From: Tubulanus polymorphus
Lineage: Eukaryota; Animalia; Nemertea
Length of the DNA stretch: 64,000 nucleotides
Direction: 5' to 3'
Assembly (NCBI RefSeq): GCF_964204645.1
Contig: NC_134032.1
Coordinates: 5,196,275 to 5,260,274 of the forward strand
A model generated the notes under the pieces. The model was not told where the DNA came from. It saw only the letters and a program-made list of their open reading frames with translations, and made no database searches. Below, piece after piece: positions 26,900-41,930 of the stretch. The stretch's first letter is position 1; each line of letters opens with the position of its first letter. Made by a program: the position numbers and the translations under genes.

Positions 26900-29800
26900 C
26901 GTCGTTCAGAGCGAGAAAAGACTTTTTCTTATCAAATTTCCCCCCTATCGAAAAAATGACGATGTCGATGCGTAAAAGCGCTCAAATCGTCAGGAAAAGC
27001 ACATTTCGACCAGAAAACGTCGTTCCGCGCGAGAAAAGACGTTTTCTTATCAAATTTCCCCCCTATCGGAAAAATGACGATTTCGATGCGTAAAAGCGCT
27101 CAAATAGTCAGGAAAAGCACATTTCGACCCGAAAACGTCGTTCAGAGCGAGAAAAGACGTTTTCTTATCAAATTTTCCCCCTATCGGAAAATGACGATGT
27201 CGATGCGTAAAAGCGCTCAAATAGTCAGGAAAAGCACATTTCGACCCGAAAACGTCGTTCAGTGCGAGAAAAGACGTTTTCTTATCAAATTGTCCCCCTA
27301 TCGGAAAAATGACGATGTCGATGCGTAAAAGCGCTCAAATCGTCAGGAAAAGCACATTTCGACCAGAAAACGTCGTTCAGAGCGAGAAAAGACGTTTTCT
27401 TATCAAATTTCCCCCTATCGAAAAATGACGATGTCCATGCGTAAAAGCGCTCAAATCGTCAGGAAAAGCACATTTCGACCCGAAAACATCGTTCCGCGCG
27501 AGAAAAGACGTTTTCTTATCAAATTTCCCCCCTATCGGAAAAAATGACGATGTCGATGCGTAAGAGCGCTCAAATAGTCAGGAAAAGCACATTTCGACCC
27601 GAAAACGTCGTTCAGCGCGAGAAAAGACGTTTTCTTATCAAATTGTCCCCCTATCGGAAAAATGACGATGTCGATGCGTAAAAGCGCTCGAATCGTCAGG
27701 AAAAGCACATTTCGACCCGAAAACGTCGATCAGAGCGAGAAAAGGCGTTTTCTTATCAAATTGTCCCCCTATCGGAAAAACGACGATGTCGAGGCGTAAA
27801 AGCGCTCAAATCGTCAGGAAAAGCACATTTCGACCCGAAATCGTCGATCAGAGCGAGAAGAGACGTTTTCTTATCAAATTGTTCCCCTATCGGAAAAACG
27901 ACGATGTCGACGCGTGAAAGCGCTCAATTCGTCAGGAAAAGCACCTTTCGACCCGAAAACGTCGTTCAGAGCGAGAAAAGACGTTTTCTTATCAAATTTT
28001 CCCCCTATCGGAAAAAATGACGATGTCGATGCGTAAAAGCGCTCAAATCGTCTGGAAAAGCACATTTCGACCCGAAAACGTCGTTCAGAGCGAGAAAAGA
28101 CGTTTTCTTATCAAATTGTCCCCCTATCGGAAAAATGAAGATGTCGATGCGTAAAAGCGCTCAAATCGTCAGGAAAAGCACATTTCGACCAGAAAACGTC
28201 GTTCCGAGCGAGAAAAGACGTTTTCTTATCAAATTTTCCCCCTATCGGAAAAATGACGATGTCGATGCGTAAAAGCGCTCAAATCATCAGGAATAACAAA
28301 TTTCGACCAGAAAACGTCGTTCAGGGCGAGAAAAGACGTTTTCTTATCAAATTTCCCCCTATCGAAAAAATGATGATGTCGATGCGTAAAAGCGCTTAAA
28401 TCGTCAGGAAAAACACATTTCGACCGGAAAATGTCGTTCAGTGCGAGAAAAGACGTTTTCTTATCAAATTTCCCCCCTATCGAAAAAATGACGATGTCGA
28501 TGCGTAAAAGAGCTCAAATCGTCAGGAAAAGCACATTTCGACCCGAAAACGTCGTTCAGAGCGAGTAAAGACGTTTTCTTATCAAATTGTCCCCCTATCG
28601 GAAAAATGACGATGGCGAAGCGTAAAAGCGCTCAAATCGTCAGGAAAAGCACATTTCGACCCGAAAACGTCGTTCCACGCGAGAAAAGACGTTTTCTTAT
28701 CAAATTGTCCCCCTATCAGAAAAATGACGATGGCGATGCGTAAAAGCGCTCAAATCGTCAGGAAAAGCACTTATCGACCCGAAAACGTCATTCCGCGCGA
28801 GAAAAGACGTTTTCTTATCAAATTTCCCCCCTATCGAAAAAATGACGATGTCGATGCGTAAGAGCGCTCAAATCGTCAGGAAAAGCACATTTCGACCCGA
28901 AAACGTCGTTCAGCGCGAGAAAAGACGTTTTCTTATCAAATTTTCCCCTATCAGAAAAATGACGATGTCGATGCGTAAAAGCGCTCAAATAGTCAGGAAA
29001 AGCACATTTCGACCCGAAAACGTCGTTCAGAGCGAGAAAAGACGTTTTCTTATCAAATTTTCCCCCTATCGGAAAAATGACGATGTCGATGCGTAAAAGC
29101 ACTCAAATAGTCAGGAAAAGCACATTTCGACCAGAAAACGTCGTTCAGAGCGAGAAAAGACGTTTTCTTATCAAATTGTCCCCCTATCGGAAAAATGACG
29201 ATGGCGATGCGTAAAAGCGCTCAAATCGTCAGGAAAAGCACATTTCGACCCGAAAACGTCGTTCAGAGCGAGAAAAGACGTTTTCTTATCAAATTGTCCC
29301 CCTATCGGAAAAATGACGATGGCGATGCGTAAAAGCGCTCAAATCGTCTGGAAAAGCACTTATCGACCCGAAAACGTCATTCCGCGCGAGAAAAGACGTT
29401 TTCTTATCAAATTTCCCCCCTATCGAAAAAACGACGATGTCGAGGCGTAAAAGCGCTCAAATCGTCAGGAAAAGCACATTTCGACCCGAAATCGTCGATC
29501 AGAGCGAGAAGAGACGTTTTCTTATCAAATTGTTCCCCTATCGGAAAAACGACGATGTCGACGCGTGAAAGCGCTCAAATCGTCAGGAAAAGCACCTTTC
29601 GACCCGAAAACGTCGTTCAGAGCGAGAAAAGACGTTTTCTTATCAAATTTTCCCCCTATCGGAAAAAATGACGATGTCGATGCGTAAAAGGGCTCAAATC
29701 GTCTGGAAAAGCACATTTCGACCCGAAAACGTCGTTCAGAGCGAGAAAAGACGTTTTCTTATCAAATTGTCCCCCTATCGGAAAAATGACGATGGCGATG

Positions 29801-32800
29801 CGTAAAAGCGCTCAAATCGTCAGGAAAAGCACTTTTCGAACCGAAAACGTCGTTCCGCGCGAGAAAAGACGTTTTCTTATCAAATTTCCCCCCTATCGAA
29901 AAATGACGATGTCGATGCGTAAAAGCGCTCAAATCGTCAGGAAAAGCACATTTTCGACCCGAAAACATCGTTCCGCGCGAGAAAAGACGTTTTCTTATCA
30001 AATTCCCCCCCCCCCCCCTATCGGAAAAATGACGATGTCGATGCGTAAAAGCGCTCAAATAGTCAGGAAAAGCACATTTCGACCCGAAAACGTCGTTCAG
30101 AGCGAGAAAAGGACGTTTTCTTATCAAATTGTCCCCCTATCGGAAAAATGACGTTGTCGATGCGTAAAAGCGCTCAAATCGTCAGGAAAAGCACATTTTG
30201 ACCAGAAAACGTCGTTCCGCGCGAGAAAAGACGTTTTCTTATCAAATTTCCCCCCTATCGGAAAAATGACGATTTCGATGCGTAAAAGCGCTCAAATAGT
30301 CAGAAAAGCACATTTCGACCCGAAAACGTCGTTCAGAGCGAGAAAAGACGTTTTCTTATCAAATTTTCCCCCTATCGGAAAATGACGATGTCGATGCGTA
30401 AAAGCGCTCAAATAGTCAGGAAAAGCACATTTCGACCCGAAAACGTCGTTCAGCGCGAGAAAAGACGTTTTCTTATCAAATTGTCCCCCTATCGGAAAAA
30501 TGACGATGTCGATGCGTAAAAGCGCTCAAATCGTCAGGAAAAGCACATTTCGACCAGAAAACGTCGTTCAGAGCGAGAAAAGACGTTTTCTTATCAAATT
30601 TCCCCCTATCGAAAAATGACGATGTCCATGCGTAAAAGCGCTCAAATCGTCAGGAAAAGCACATTTCGACCCGAAAACATCGTTCCGCGCGAGAAAAGAC
30701 GTTTTCTTATCAAATTTCCCCCTATCGGAAAAAATGACGATGTCGATGCGTAAGAGCGCTCAAATAGTCAGGAAAAGCACATTTCGACCAGAAAACGTCG
30801 TTCAGAGCGAGAAAAGACGTTTTCTTATCAAATTTCCCCCCTATCGGAAAAATGACGATGTCGATGCGTAAAAGCCCTCAAATCGTCAGGAAAAGCACAT
30901 TTCGACCCGAAAACGTCGTTCCGCGCGGGAAAAGACGTTTTCTTATAAAATTTCCCCCTATCGGAAAATGACGATTTCGATGCGTAAAAGCGCTCAAATC
31001 GTCAGGAAAAGCACTTATCGACCCGAAAACGTCATTCCGCGCGAGAAAAGACGTTTTCTTATCAAATTGTCCCCCTATCGGAAAAATGACGATGGCGAAG
31101 CGTAAAAGCGCTCAAATCGTCAGGAAAAGCACATTTCGACCCGAAAACGTCGTTCCACGCGAGAAAAGACGTTTTCTTATCAAATTGTCCCCCTATCAGA
31201 AAAATGACGATGGCGATGCGTAAAAGCGCTCAAATCGTCAGGAAAAGCACTTATCGACCCGAAAACGTCATTCCGCGCGAGAAAAGACGTTTTCTTATCA
31301 AATTTCCCCCCTATCGAAAAAATGACGATGTCGATGCGTAAGAGCGCTCAAAAGTCAGGAAAAGCACATTTCGACCCGAAAACGTCGTTCAGCGCGAGAA
31401 AAGACGTTTTCTTATCAAATTTCCCCTATCAGAAAAATGACGATGTCGATGCGTAAAAGCGCTCAAATAGTCAGGAAAAGCACATTTCGACCCGAAAACG
31501 TCGTTCAGAGCGAGAAAAGACGTTTTCTTATCAAATTTTCCCCCTATCGGAAAAATGACGATGTCGATGCGTAAAAGCACTCAAATAGTCAGGAAAAGCA
31601 CATTTCGACCAGAAAACGTCGTTCAGAGCGAGAAAAGACGTTTTCTATCAAATTGTCCCCCTATCGAAAAATGACCGATGGCGATGCGTAAAAGCGCTCA
31701 AATCGTCAGGAAAAGCACATTTCGACCCGAAAACGTCGTTCAGAGCGAGAAAAGACGTTTTCTTATCAAATTTCCCCCCTATCGGAAAAAATGACGATGT
31801 CGATGCGTAAGAGCGCTCAAATAGTCAGGAAAAGCACATTTCGACCCGAAAACGTCGTTCAGCGCGAGAAAAGACGTTTTCTTATCAAATTGTCCCCCTA
31901 TCGGAAAAATGACGATGTCGATGCGTAAAAGCGCTCGAATCGTCAGGAAAAGCACATTTCGACCCGAAAACGTCGATCAGAGCGAGAAAAGGCGTTTTCT
32001 TATCAAATTGTCCCCCTATCGGAAAAACGACGATGTCGAGGCGTAAAAGCGCTCAAATCGTCAGGAAAAGCACATTTCGACCCGAAAACGTCGTTCCACG
32101 CGAGAAAAGACGTTTTCTTATCAAATTGTCCCCCTATCAGAAAAATGACGATGGCGATGCGTAAAAGCGCTCAAATCGTCAGGAAAAGCACTTATCGACC
32201 CGAAAACGTCATTCCGCGCGAGAAAAGACGTTTTCCTTATCAAATTTCCCCCCTATCGAAAAAATGACGATGTCGATGCGTAAGAGCGCTCAAAAGTCAG
32301 GAAAAGCACATTTCGACCCGAAAACGTCGTTCAGCGCGAGAAAAGACGTTTTCTTATCAAATTTTCCCCTATCAGAAAAATGACGATGTCGATGCGTAAA
32401 AGCGCTCAAATAGTCAGGAAAAGCACATTTCGACCCGAAAACGTCGTTCAGAGCGAGAAAAGACGTTTTCTTATCAAATTTTCCCCCTATCGGAAAAATG
32501 ACGATGTCGATGCGTAAAAGCACTCAAATAGTCAGGAAAAGCACATTTCGACCAGAAAACGTCGTTCAGAGCGAGAAAAGACGTTTTCTTATCAAATTGT
32601 CCCCCTATCGAAAAATGACGATGGCGATGCGTAAAAGCGCTCAAATCGTCAGGAAAAGCACATTTCGACCCGAAAACGTCGTTCAGAGCGAGAAAAGACG
32701 TTTTCTTATCAAATTTCCCCCCTATCGGAAAAAATGACGATGTCGATGCGTAAGAGCGCTCAAATAGTCAGGAAAAGCACATTTCGACCCGAAAACGTCG

Positions 32801-35800
32801 TTCAGCGCGAGAAAAGACGTTTTCTTATCAAATTGTCCCCCTATCGGAAAAATGACGATGTCGATGCGTAAAAGCGCTCGAATCGTCAGGAAAAGCACAT
32901 TTCGACCCGAAAACGTCGATCAGAGCGAGAAAAGGCGTTTTCTTATCAAATTGTCCCCCTATCGGAAAAACGACGATGTCGAGGCGTAAAAGCGCTCAAA
33001 TCGTCAGGAAAAGCACATTTCGACCCGAAATCGTCGATCAGAGCGAGAAGAGACGTTTTCTTATCAAATTGTTCCCCTATCGGAAAAACGACGATGTCGA
33101 CGCGTGAAAGCGCTCAATTCGTCAGGAAAAGCACCTTTCGACCCGAAAACGTCGTTCAGAGCGAGAAAAGACGTTTTCTTATCAAATTTTCCCCCTATCG
33201 GAAAAAATGACGATGTCGATGCGTAAAAGCGCTCAAATCGTCTGGAAAAGCACATTTCGACCCGAAAACGTCGTTCAGAGCGAGAAAAGACGTTTTCTTA
33301 TCAAATTGTCCCCCTATCGGAAAAATGAAGATGTCGATGCGTAAAAGCGCTCAAATCGTCAGGAAAAGCACATTTCGACCAGAAAACGTCGTTCCGAGCG
33401 AGAAAAGACGTTTTCTTATCAAATTTTCCCCCTATCGGAAAAATGACGAAGCGCTCAAATCATCAGGAATAACAAATTTCGACCAGAAAACGTCGTTCAG
33501 GGCGAGAAAAGACGTTTTCTTATCAAATTTCCCCCTATCGAAAAAATGATGATGTCGATGCGTAAAAGCGCTTAAATCGTCAGGAAAAACACATTTCGAC
33601 CGGAAAATGTCGTTCAGTGTGAGCAAAGACGTTTTCTTATCAAATTTCCCCCCTATCGAAAAAATGACGATGTCGATGCGTAAAAGAGCTCAAATCGTCA
33701 GGAAAAGCACATTTCGACCCGAAAACGTCGTTCAGAGCGAGTAAAGACGTTTTCTTATCAAATTGTCCCCCTATCGGAAAAATGACGATGGCGAAGCGTA
33801 AAAGCGCTCAAATCGTCAGGAAAAGCACATTTCGACCCGAAAACGTCGTTCCACGCGAGAAAAGACGTTTTCTTATCAAATTGTCCCCCTATCAGAAAAA
33901 TGACGATGTCGATGCGTAAAAGCGCTCAAATCGTCAGGAAAAGCACATTTCGACCAGAAAACGTCGTTCCGCGCGAGAAAAGACGTTTTCTTATCAAATT
34001 TCCCCCCTATCGGAAAAATGACGATTTCGATGCGTAAAAGCGCTCAAATAGTCAGGAAAAGCACATTTCGACCCGAAAACGTCGTTCAGAGCGAGAAAAG
34101 ACGTTTTCTTATCAAATTGTCCCCCTATCGGAAAAATGACGATGTCGATGCGTAAAAGCGCTCGAATCGTCAGGAAAAGCACATTTCGACCCGAAAACGT
34201 CGATCAGAGCGAGAAAAGGCGTTTTCTTATCAAATTGTCCCCCTATCGGAAAAACGACGATGTCGAGGCGTAAAAGCGCTCAAATCGTCAGGAAAAGCAC
34301 ATTTCGACCCGAAATCGTCGATCAGAGCGAGAAGAGACGTTTTCTTATCAAATTGTTCCCCTATCGGAAAAACGACGATGTCGACGCGTGAAAGCGCTCA
34401 ATTCGTCAGGAAAAGCACCTTTCGACCCGAAAACGTCGTTCAGAGCGAGAAAAGACGTTTTCTTATCAAATTTTCCCCCTATCGGAAAAAATGACGATGT
34501 CGATGCGTAAAAGCGCTCAAATCGTCTGGAAAAGCACATTTCGACCCGAAAACGTCGTTCAGAGCGAGAAAAGACGTTTTCTTATCAAATTGTCCCCCTA
34601 TCGGAAAAATGAAGATGTCGATGCTTAAAAGCGCTCGAATAGTCAGGAAAAGCACATTTCGACCAGAAAACGTCGTTCAGAGCGAGAAAAGACGTTTTCT
34701 TATCAAATTGTCCCCCTATCGGAAAAATGACGATGGCGATGCGTAAAAGCGCTCAAATCGTCAGGAAAAAGCACATTTCGACCCGAAATCGTCGATCAGA
34801 GCGAGAAGAGACGTTTTCTTATCAAATTGTTCCCCTATCGGAAAAACGACGATGTCGACGCGTGAAAGCGCTCAATTCGTCAGGAAAAGCACCTTTCGAC
34901 CCGAAAACGTCGTTCAGAGCGAGAAAAGACGTTTTCTTATCAAATTTTCCCCCTATCGGAAAAAATGACGATGTCGATGCGTAAAAGCGCTCAAATCGTC
35001 TGGAAAAGCACATTTCGACCCGAAAACGTCGTTCAGAGCGAGAAAAGACGTTTTCTTATCAAATTGTCCCCCTATCGGAAAAATGAAGATGTCGATGCTT
35101 AAAAGCGCTCAAATCGTCAGGAAAAGCACATTTCGACCAGAAAACGTCGTTCCGAGCGAGAAAAGACGTTTTCTTATCAAATTTTCCCCCTATCGGAAAA
35201 ATGACGATGTCAATGCGTAAAAGCGCTCAAATCATCAGGAATAACAAATTTCGACCAGAAAACGTCGTTCAGGGCGAGAAAAGACGTTTTCTTATCAAAT
35301 TTCCCCCTATCGAAAAAATGATGATGTCGATGCGTAAAAGCGCTTAAATCGTCAGGAAAAACACATTTCGACCGGAAAATGTCGTTCAGTGCGAGAAAAG
35401 ACGTTTTCTTATCAAATTTCCCCCCTATCGAAAAAATGACGATGTCGATGCGTAAAAGAGCTCAAATCGTCAGGAAAAGCACATTTCCACCCGAAAACGT
35501 CGTTCAGAGCGAGAAAAGACGTTTTCTTATCAAATTGTCCCCCTATCGGAAAAATGACGATGGCGAAGCGTAAAAGCGCTCAAATCGTCAGGAAAAGCAC
35601 ATTTCGACCCGAAAACGTCGTTCCACGCGAGAAAAGACGTTTTCTTATCAAATTTTCCCCTATCAGAAAAATGACGATGTCGATGCGTAAAAGCGCTCAA
35701 ATAGTCAGGAAAAGCACATTTCGACCCGAAAACGTCGTTCAGAGCGAGAAAAGACGTTTTCTTATCAAATTTTCCCCCTATCGGAAAAATGACGATGTCG

Positions 35801-38800
35801 ATGCGTAAAAGCACTCAAATAGTCAGGAAAAGCACATTTCGACCAGAAAACGTCGTTCAGAGCGAGAAAAGACGTTTTCTTATCAAATTGTCCCCCTATC
35901 GGAAAAATGACGATGGCGATGCGTAAAAGCGCTCAAATCGTCAGGAAAAGCACATTTCGACCCGAAAACGTCGTTCAGAGCGAGAAAAGACGTTTTCTTA
36001 TCAAATTGTCCCCCTATCGGAAAAATGACGATGGCGATGCGTAAAAGCGCTCAAATCGTCTGGAAAAGCACTTATCGACCCGAAAACGTCATTCCGCGCG
36101 AGAAAAGACGTTTTCTTATCAAATTTCCCCCCTATCGAAAAAACGACGATGTCGAGGCGTAAAAGCGCTCAAATCGTCAGGAAAAGCACTTATCGACCCG
36201 AAAACGTCATTCCGCGCGAGAAAAGACGTTTTCTTATCAAATTTCCCCCCTATCGAAAAAACGACGATGTCGAGGCGTAAAAGCGCTCAAATCGTCAGGA
36301 AAAGCACATTTCCACCCGAAAACATCGTTCAGAGCGAGAAAAGACGTTTTCTTATCAAATTTCCCCCCTATCGGAAAAATGACGATGTCGATGCGTAAAA
36401 GCCCTCAAATCGTCAGGAAAAGCACATTTCGACCCGAAAACGTCGTTCCGCGCGGGAAAAGACGTTTTCTTATCAAATTTCCCCCCTATCGGAAAAAATG
36501 ACGATGTCGATGCGTAAGAGCGCTCAAATAGTCAGGAAAAGCACATTTCGACCAGAAAACGTCGTTCAGAGCGAGAAAAGACGTTTTCTTATCAAATTTC
36601 CCCCCTATCGGAAAAATGACGATGTCGAGGCGTAAAAGCGCTCAAATCGTCAGGAAAAGCACATTTCGACCCGAAAACGTCGTTCAGAGCGAGAAAAGAC
36701 GTTTTCTTATCAAATTGTCCCCCTATCGGAAAAATGACGATGGCGATGCGTAAAAGCGCTCAAATCGTATGGAAAAGCACTTATCGACCCGAAAACGTCA
36801 TTCCGCGCGAGAAAAGACGTTTTCTTATCAAATTTCCCCCCTATCGAAAAAACGACGATGTCGAGGCGTAAAAGCGCTCAAATCGTCAGGAAAAGCACAT
36901 TTCCACCCGAAATCGTCGATCAGAGCGAGAAGAGACGTTTTCTTATCAAATTGTTCCCCTATCGGAAAAACGACGATGTCGACGCGTGAAAGCGCTCAAA
37001 TCGTCAGGAAAAGCACCTTTCGACCCGAAAACGTCGTTCAGAGCGAGAAAAGACGTTTTCTTATCAAATTTTCCCCCTATCGGAAAAAATGACGATGTCG
37101 ATGCGTAAAAGGGCTCAAATCGTCTGGAAAAGCACATTTCGACCCGAAAACGTCGTTCAGAGCGAGAAAAGACGTTTTCTTATCAAATTGTCCCCCTATC
37201 GGAAAAATGACGATGGCGATGCGTAAAAGCGCTCAAATCGTCAGGAAAAGCACTTTTCGAACCGAAAACGTCGTTCCGCGCGAGAAAAGACGTTTTCTTA
37301 TCAAATTTCCCCCCTATCGAAAAAATGACGATGTCGATGCGTAAAAGCGCTCAAATCGTCAGGAAAAGCACATTTCGACCCGAAAACATCGTTCCGCGCG
37401 AGAAAAGACGTTTTCTTATCAAATTCCCCCCCCCCCCCTATCGGAAAAATGACGATGTCGATGCGTAAAAGCGCTCAAATAGTCAGGAAAAGCACATTTC
37501 GACCCGAAAACGTCGTTCAGAGCGAGAAAAGACGTTTTCTTATCAAATTGTCCCCCTATCGGAAAAATGACGTGGTCGATGCGTAAAAGCCCTCAAATCG
37601 TCAGGAAAAGCACATTTCGACCAGAAAACGTCGTTCAGAGCGAGAAAAGACTTTTTCTTATCAAATTTCCCCCCTATCGAAAAAATGACGATGTCGATGC
37701 GTAAAAGCGCTCAAATCGTCAGGAAAAGCACATTTCGACCAGAAAACGTCGTTCCGCGCGAGAAAAGACGTTTTCTTATCAAATTTCCCCCCTATCATCG
37801 GAAAAATGACGATTTCGATGCGTAAAAGCGCTCAAATAGTCAGGAAAAGCACATTTCGACCCGAAAACGTCGTTCAGAGCGAGAAAAGACGTTTTCTTAT
37901 CAAATTTCCCCCCATCGGAAAATGACGATGTCGATGCGTAAAAGCGCTCAAATAGTCAGGAAAAGCACATTTCGACCCGAAAACGTCGTTCAGTGCGAGA
38001 AAAGACGTTTTCTTATCAAATTGTCCCCCTATCGGAAAAATGACGATGTCGAGGCGTAAAAGCGCTCAAATCGTCAGGAAAAGCACATTTCGACCCGAAA
38101 ACGTCGTTCAGAGCGAGAAAAGACGTTTTCTTATCAAATTGTCCCCCTATCGGAAAAATGACGATGGCGATGCGTAAAAGCGCTCAAATCGTATGGAAAA
38201 GCACTTATCGACCCGAAAACGTCATTCCGCGCGAGAAAAGACGTTTTCTTATCAAATTTCCCCCCTATCGAAAAAACGACGATGTCGAGGCGTAAAAGCG
38301 CTCAAATCGTCAGGAAAAGCACATTTCCACCCGAAATCGTCGATCAGAGCGAGAAGAGACGTTTTCTTATCAAATTGTTCCCCTATCGGAAAAACGACGA
38401 TGTCGACGCGTGAAAGCGCTCAAATCGTCAGGAAAAGCACCTTTCGACCCGAAAACGTCGTTCAGAGCGAGAAAAGACGTTTTCTTATCAAATTTTCCCC
38501 CTATCGGAAAAAATGACGATGTCGATGCGTAAAAGGGCTCAAATCGTCTGGAAAAGCACATTTCGACCCGAAAACGTCGTTCAGAGCGAGAAAAGACGTT
38601 TTCTTATCAAATTGTCCCCCTATCGGAAAAATGACGATGGCGATGCGTAAAAGCGCTCAAATCGTCAGGAAAAGCACTTTTCGAACCGAAAACGTCGTTC
38701 CGCGCGAGAAAAGACGTTTTCTTATCAAATTTCCCCCCTATCGAAAAAATGACGATGTCGATGCGTAAAAGCGCTCAAATCGTCAGGAAAAGCACATTTC

Positions 38801-41800
38801 GACCCGAAAACATCGTTCCGCGCGAGAAAAGACGTTTTCTTATCAAATTCCCCCCCCCCCCCCTATCGGAAAAATGACGATGTCGATGCGTAAAAGCGCT
38901 CAAATAGTCAGGAAAAGCACATTTCGACCCGAAAACGTCGTTCAGAGCGAGAAAAGACGTTTTCTTATCAAATTGTCCCCCTATCGGAAAAATGACGTTG
39001 TCGATGCGTAAAAGCCCTCAAATCGTCAGGAAAAGCACATTTCGACCAGAAAACGTCGTTCAGAGCGAGAAAAGACTTTTTCTTATCAAATTTCCCCCCT
39101 ATCGAAAAAATGACGATGTCGATGCGTAAAAGCGCTCAAATCGTCAGGAAAAGCACATTTCGACCAGAAAACGTCGTTCCGCGCGAGAAAAGACGTTTTC
39201 TTATCAAATTTCCCCCCTATCGGAAAAATGACGATTTCGATGCGTAAAAGCGCTCAAATAGTCAGGAAAAGCACATTTCGACCCGAAAACGTCGTTCAGA
39301 GCGAGAAAAGACGTTTTCTTATCAAATTTTCCCCCTATCGGAAAATGACGATGTCGATGCGTAAAAGCGCTCAAATAGTCAGGAAAAGCACATTTCGACC
39401 CGAAAACGTCGTTCAGTGCGAGAAAAGACGTTTTCTTATCAAATTGTCCCCCTATCGGAAAAATGACGATGTCGATGCGTAAAAGCGCTCAAATCGTCAG
39501 GAAAAGCACATTTCGACCAGAAAACGTCGTTCAGAGCGAGAAAAGACGTTTTCTTATCAAATTTCCCCCTATCGAAAAATGACGATGTCCATGCGTAAAA
39601 GCGCTCAAATCGTCAGGAAAAGCACATTTCGACCCGAAAACATCGTTCCGCGCGAGAAAAGACGTTTTCTTATCAAATTTCCCCCCTATCGGAAAAAATG
39701 ACGATGTCGATGCGTAAGAGCGCTCAAATAGTCAGGAAAAGCACATTTCGACCCGAAAACGTCGTTCAGCGCGAGAAAAGACGTTTTCTTATCAAATTGT
39801 CCCCCTATCGGAAAAATGACGATGTCGATGCGTAAAAGCGCTCGAATCGTCAGGAAAAGCACATTTCGACCCGAAAACGTCGATCAGAGCGAGAAAAGGC
39901 GTTTTCTTATCAAATTGTCCCCCTATCGGAAAAACGACGATGTCGAGGCGTAAAAGCGCTCAAATCGTCAGGAAAAGCACATTTCGACCCGAAATCGTCG
40001 ATCAGAGCGAGAAGAGACGTTTTCTTATCAAATTGTTCCCCTATCGGAAAAACGACGATGTCGACGCGTGAAAGCGCTCAATTCGTCAGGAAAAGCACCT
40101 TTCGACCCGAAAACGTCGTTCAGAGCGAGAAAAGACGTTTTCTTATCAAATTTTCCCCCTATCGGAAAAAATGACGATGTCGATGCGTAAAAGCGCTCAA
40201 ATCGTCTGGAAAAGCACATTTCGACCCGAAAACGTCGTTCAGAGCGAGAAAAGACGTTTTCTTATCAAATTGTCCCCCTATCGGAAAAATGAAGATGTCG
40301 ATGCTTAAAAGCGCTCAAATCGTCAGGAAAAGCACATTTCGACCAGAAAACGTCGTTCCGAGCGAGAAAAGACGTTTTCTTATCAAATTTTCCCCCTATC
40401 GGAAAAATGACGATGTCGATGCGTAAAAGCGCTCAAATCATCAGGAATAACAAATTTCGACCAGAAAACGTCGTTCAGGGCGAGAAAAGACGTTTTCTTA
40501 TCAAATTTCCCCCTATCGAAAAAATGATGATGTCGATGCGTAAAAGCGCTTAAATCGTCAGGAAAAACACATTTCGACCGGAAAATGTCGTTCAGTGCGA
40601 GAAAAAACGTTTTCTTATCAAATTTCCCCCCTATCGAAAAAATGACGATGTCGATGCGTAAAAGAGCTCAAATCGTCAGGAAAAGCACATTTCGACCCGA
40701 AAACGTCGTTCAGAGCGAGAAAAGACGTTTTCTTATCAAATTGTCCCCCTATCGGAAAAATGACGATGGCGAAGCGTAAAAGCGCTCAAATCGTCAGGAA
40801 AAGCACATTTCGACCCGAAAACGTCGTTCCACGCGAGAAAAGACGTTTTCTTATCAAATTGTCCCCCTATCAGAAAAATGACGATGGCGATGCGTAAAAG
40901 CGCTCAAATCGTCAGGAAAAGCACTTATCGACCCGAAAACGTCATTCCGCGCGAGAAAAGACGTTTTCTTATCAAATTTCCCCCCTATCGAAAAAATGAC
41001 GATGTCGATGCGTAAGAGCGCTCAAAAGTCAGGAAAAGCACATTTCGACCCGAAAACGTCGTTCAGCGCGAGAAAAGACGTTTTCTTATCAAATTTTCCC
41101 CTATCAGAAAAATGACGATGTCGATGCGTAAAAGCGCTCAAATAGTCAGGAAAAGCACATTTCGACCCGAAAACGTCGTTCAGAGCGAGAAAAGACGTTT
41201 TCTTATCAAATTTTCCCCCTATCGGAAAAATGACGATGTCGATGCGTAAAAGCACTCAAATAGTCAGGAAAAGCACATTTCGACCAGAAAACGTCGTTCA
41301 GAGCGAGAAAAGACGTTTTCTTATCAAATTGTCCCCCTATCGGAAAAATGACGATGGCGATGCGTAAAAGCGCTCAAATCGTCAGGAAAAGCACATTTCG
41401 ACCCGAAAACGTCGTTCAGAGCGAGAAAAGACGTTTTCTTATCAAATTGTCCCCCTATCGGAAAAATGACGATGGCGATGCGTAAAAGCGCTCAAATCGT
41501 CTGGAAAAGCACTTATCGACCCGAAAACGTCATTCCGCGCGAGAAAAGACGTTTTCTTATCAAATTTCCCCCCTATCGAAAAAACGACGATGTCGAGGCG
41601 TAAAAGCGCTCAAATCGTCAGGAAAAGCACATTTCGACCCGAAATCGTCGATCAGAGCGAGAAGAGACGTTTTCTTATCAAATTGTTCCCCTATCGGAAA
41701 AACGACGATGTCGACGCGTGAAAGCGCTCAAATCGTCAGGAAAAGCACCTTTCGACCCGAAAACGTCGTTCAGAGCGAGAAAAGACGTTTTCTTATCAAA

Positions 41801-41930
41801 TTTTCCCCCTATCGGAAAAAATGACGATGTCGATGCGTAAAAGGGCTCAAATCGTCTGGAAAAGCACATTTCGACCCGAAAACGTCGTTCAGAGCGAGAA
41901 AAGACGTTTTCTTATCAAATTGTCCCCCTA
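26900..41930. repeat. Non-adjacent duplicated block of ~24 monomers (~26900-29780 and ~39050-41930), offset ~12154 bp = 103 monomers
   Basis: Identical artefact ORFs at 27074/39228, 27874/40028 and 29525/41678 (offset 12153-12154), with the same order of variant monomers. Confidence 0.8.
36620..39470. repeat. Higher-order tandem duplication of 12 monomers (period ~1424 bp)
   Basis: Private variant ATCGTATGG at ~36765 and ~38189; ORF pairs 36769/38193 and 36946/38370. Confidence 0.85.
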
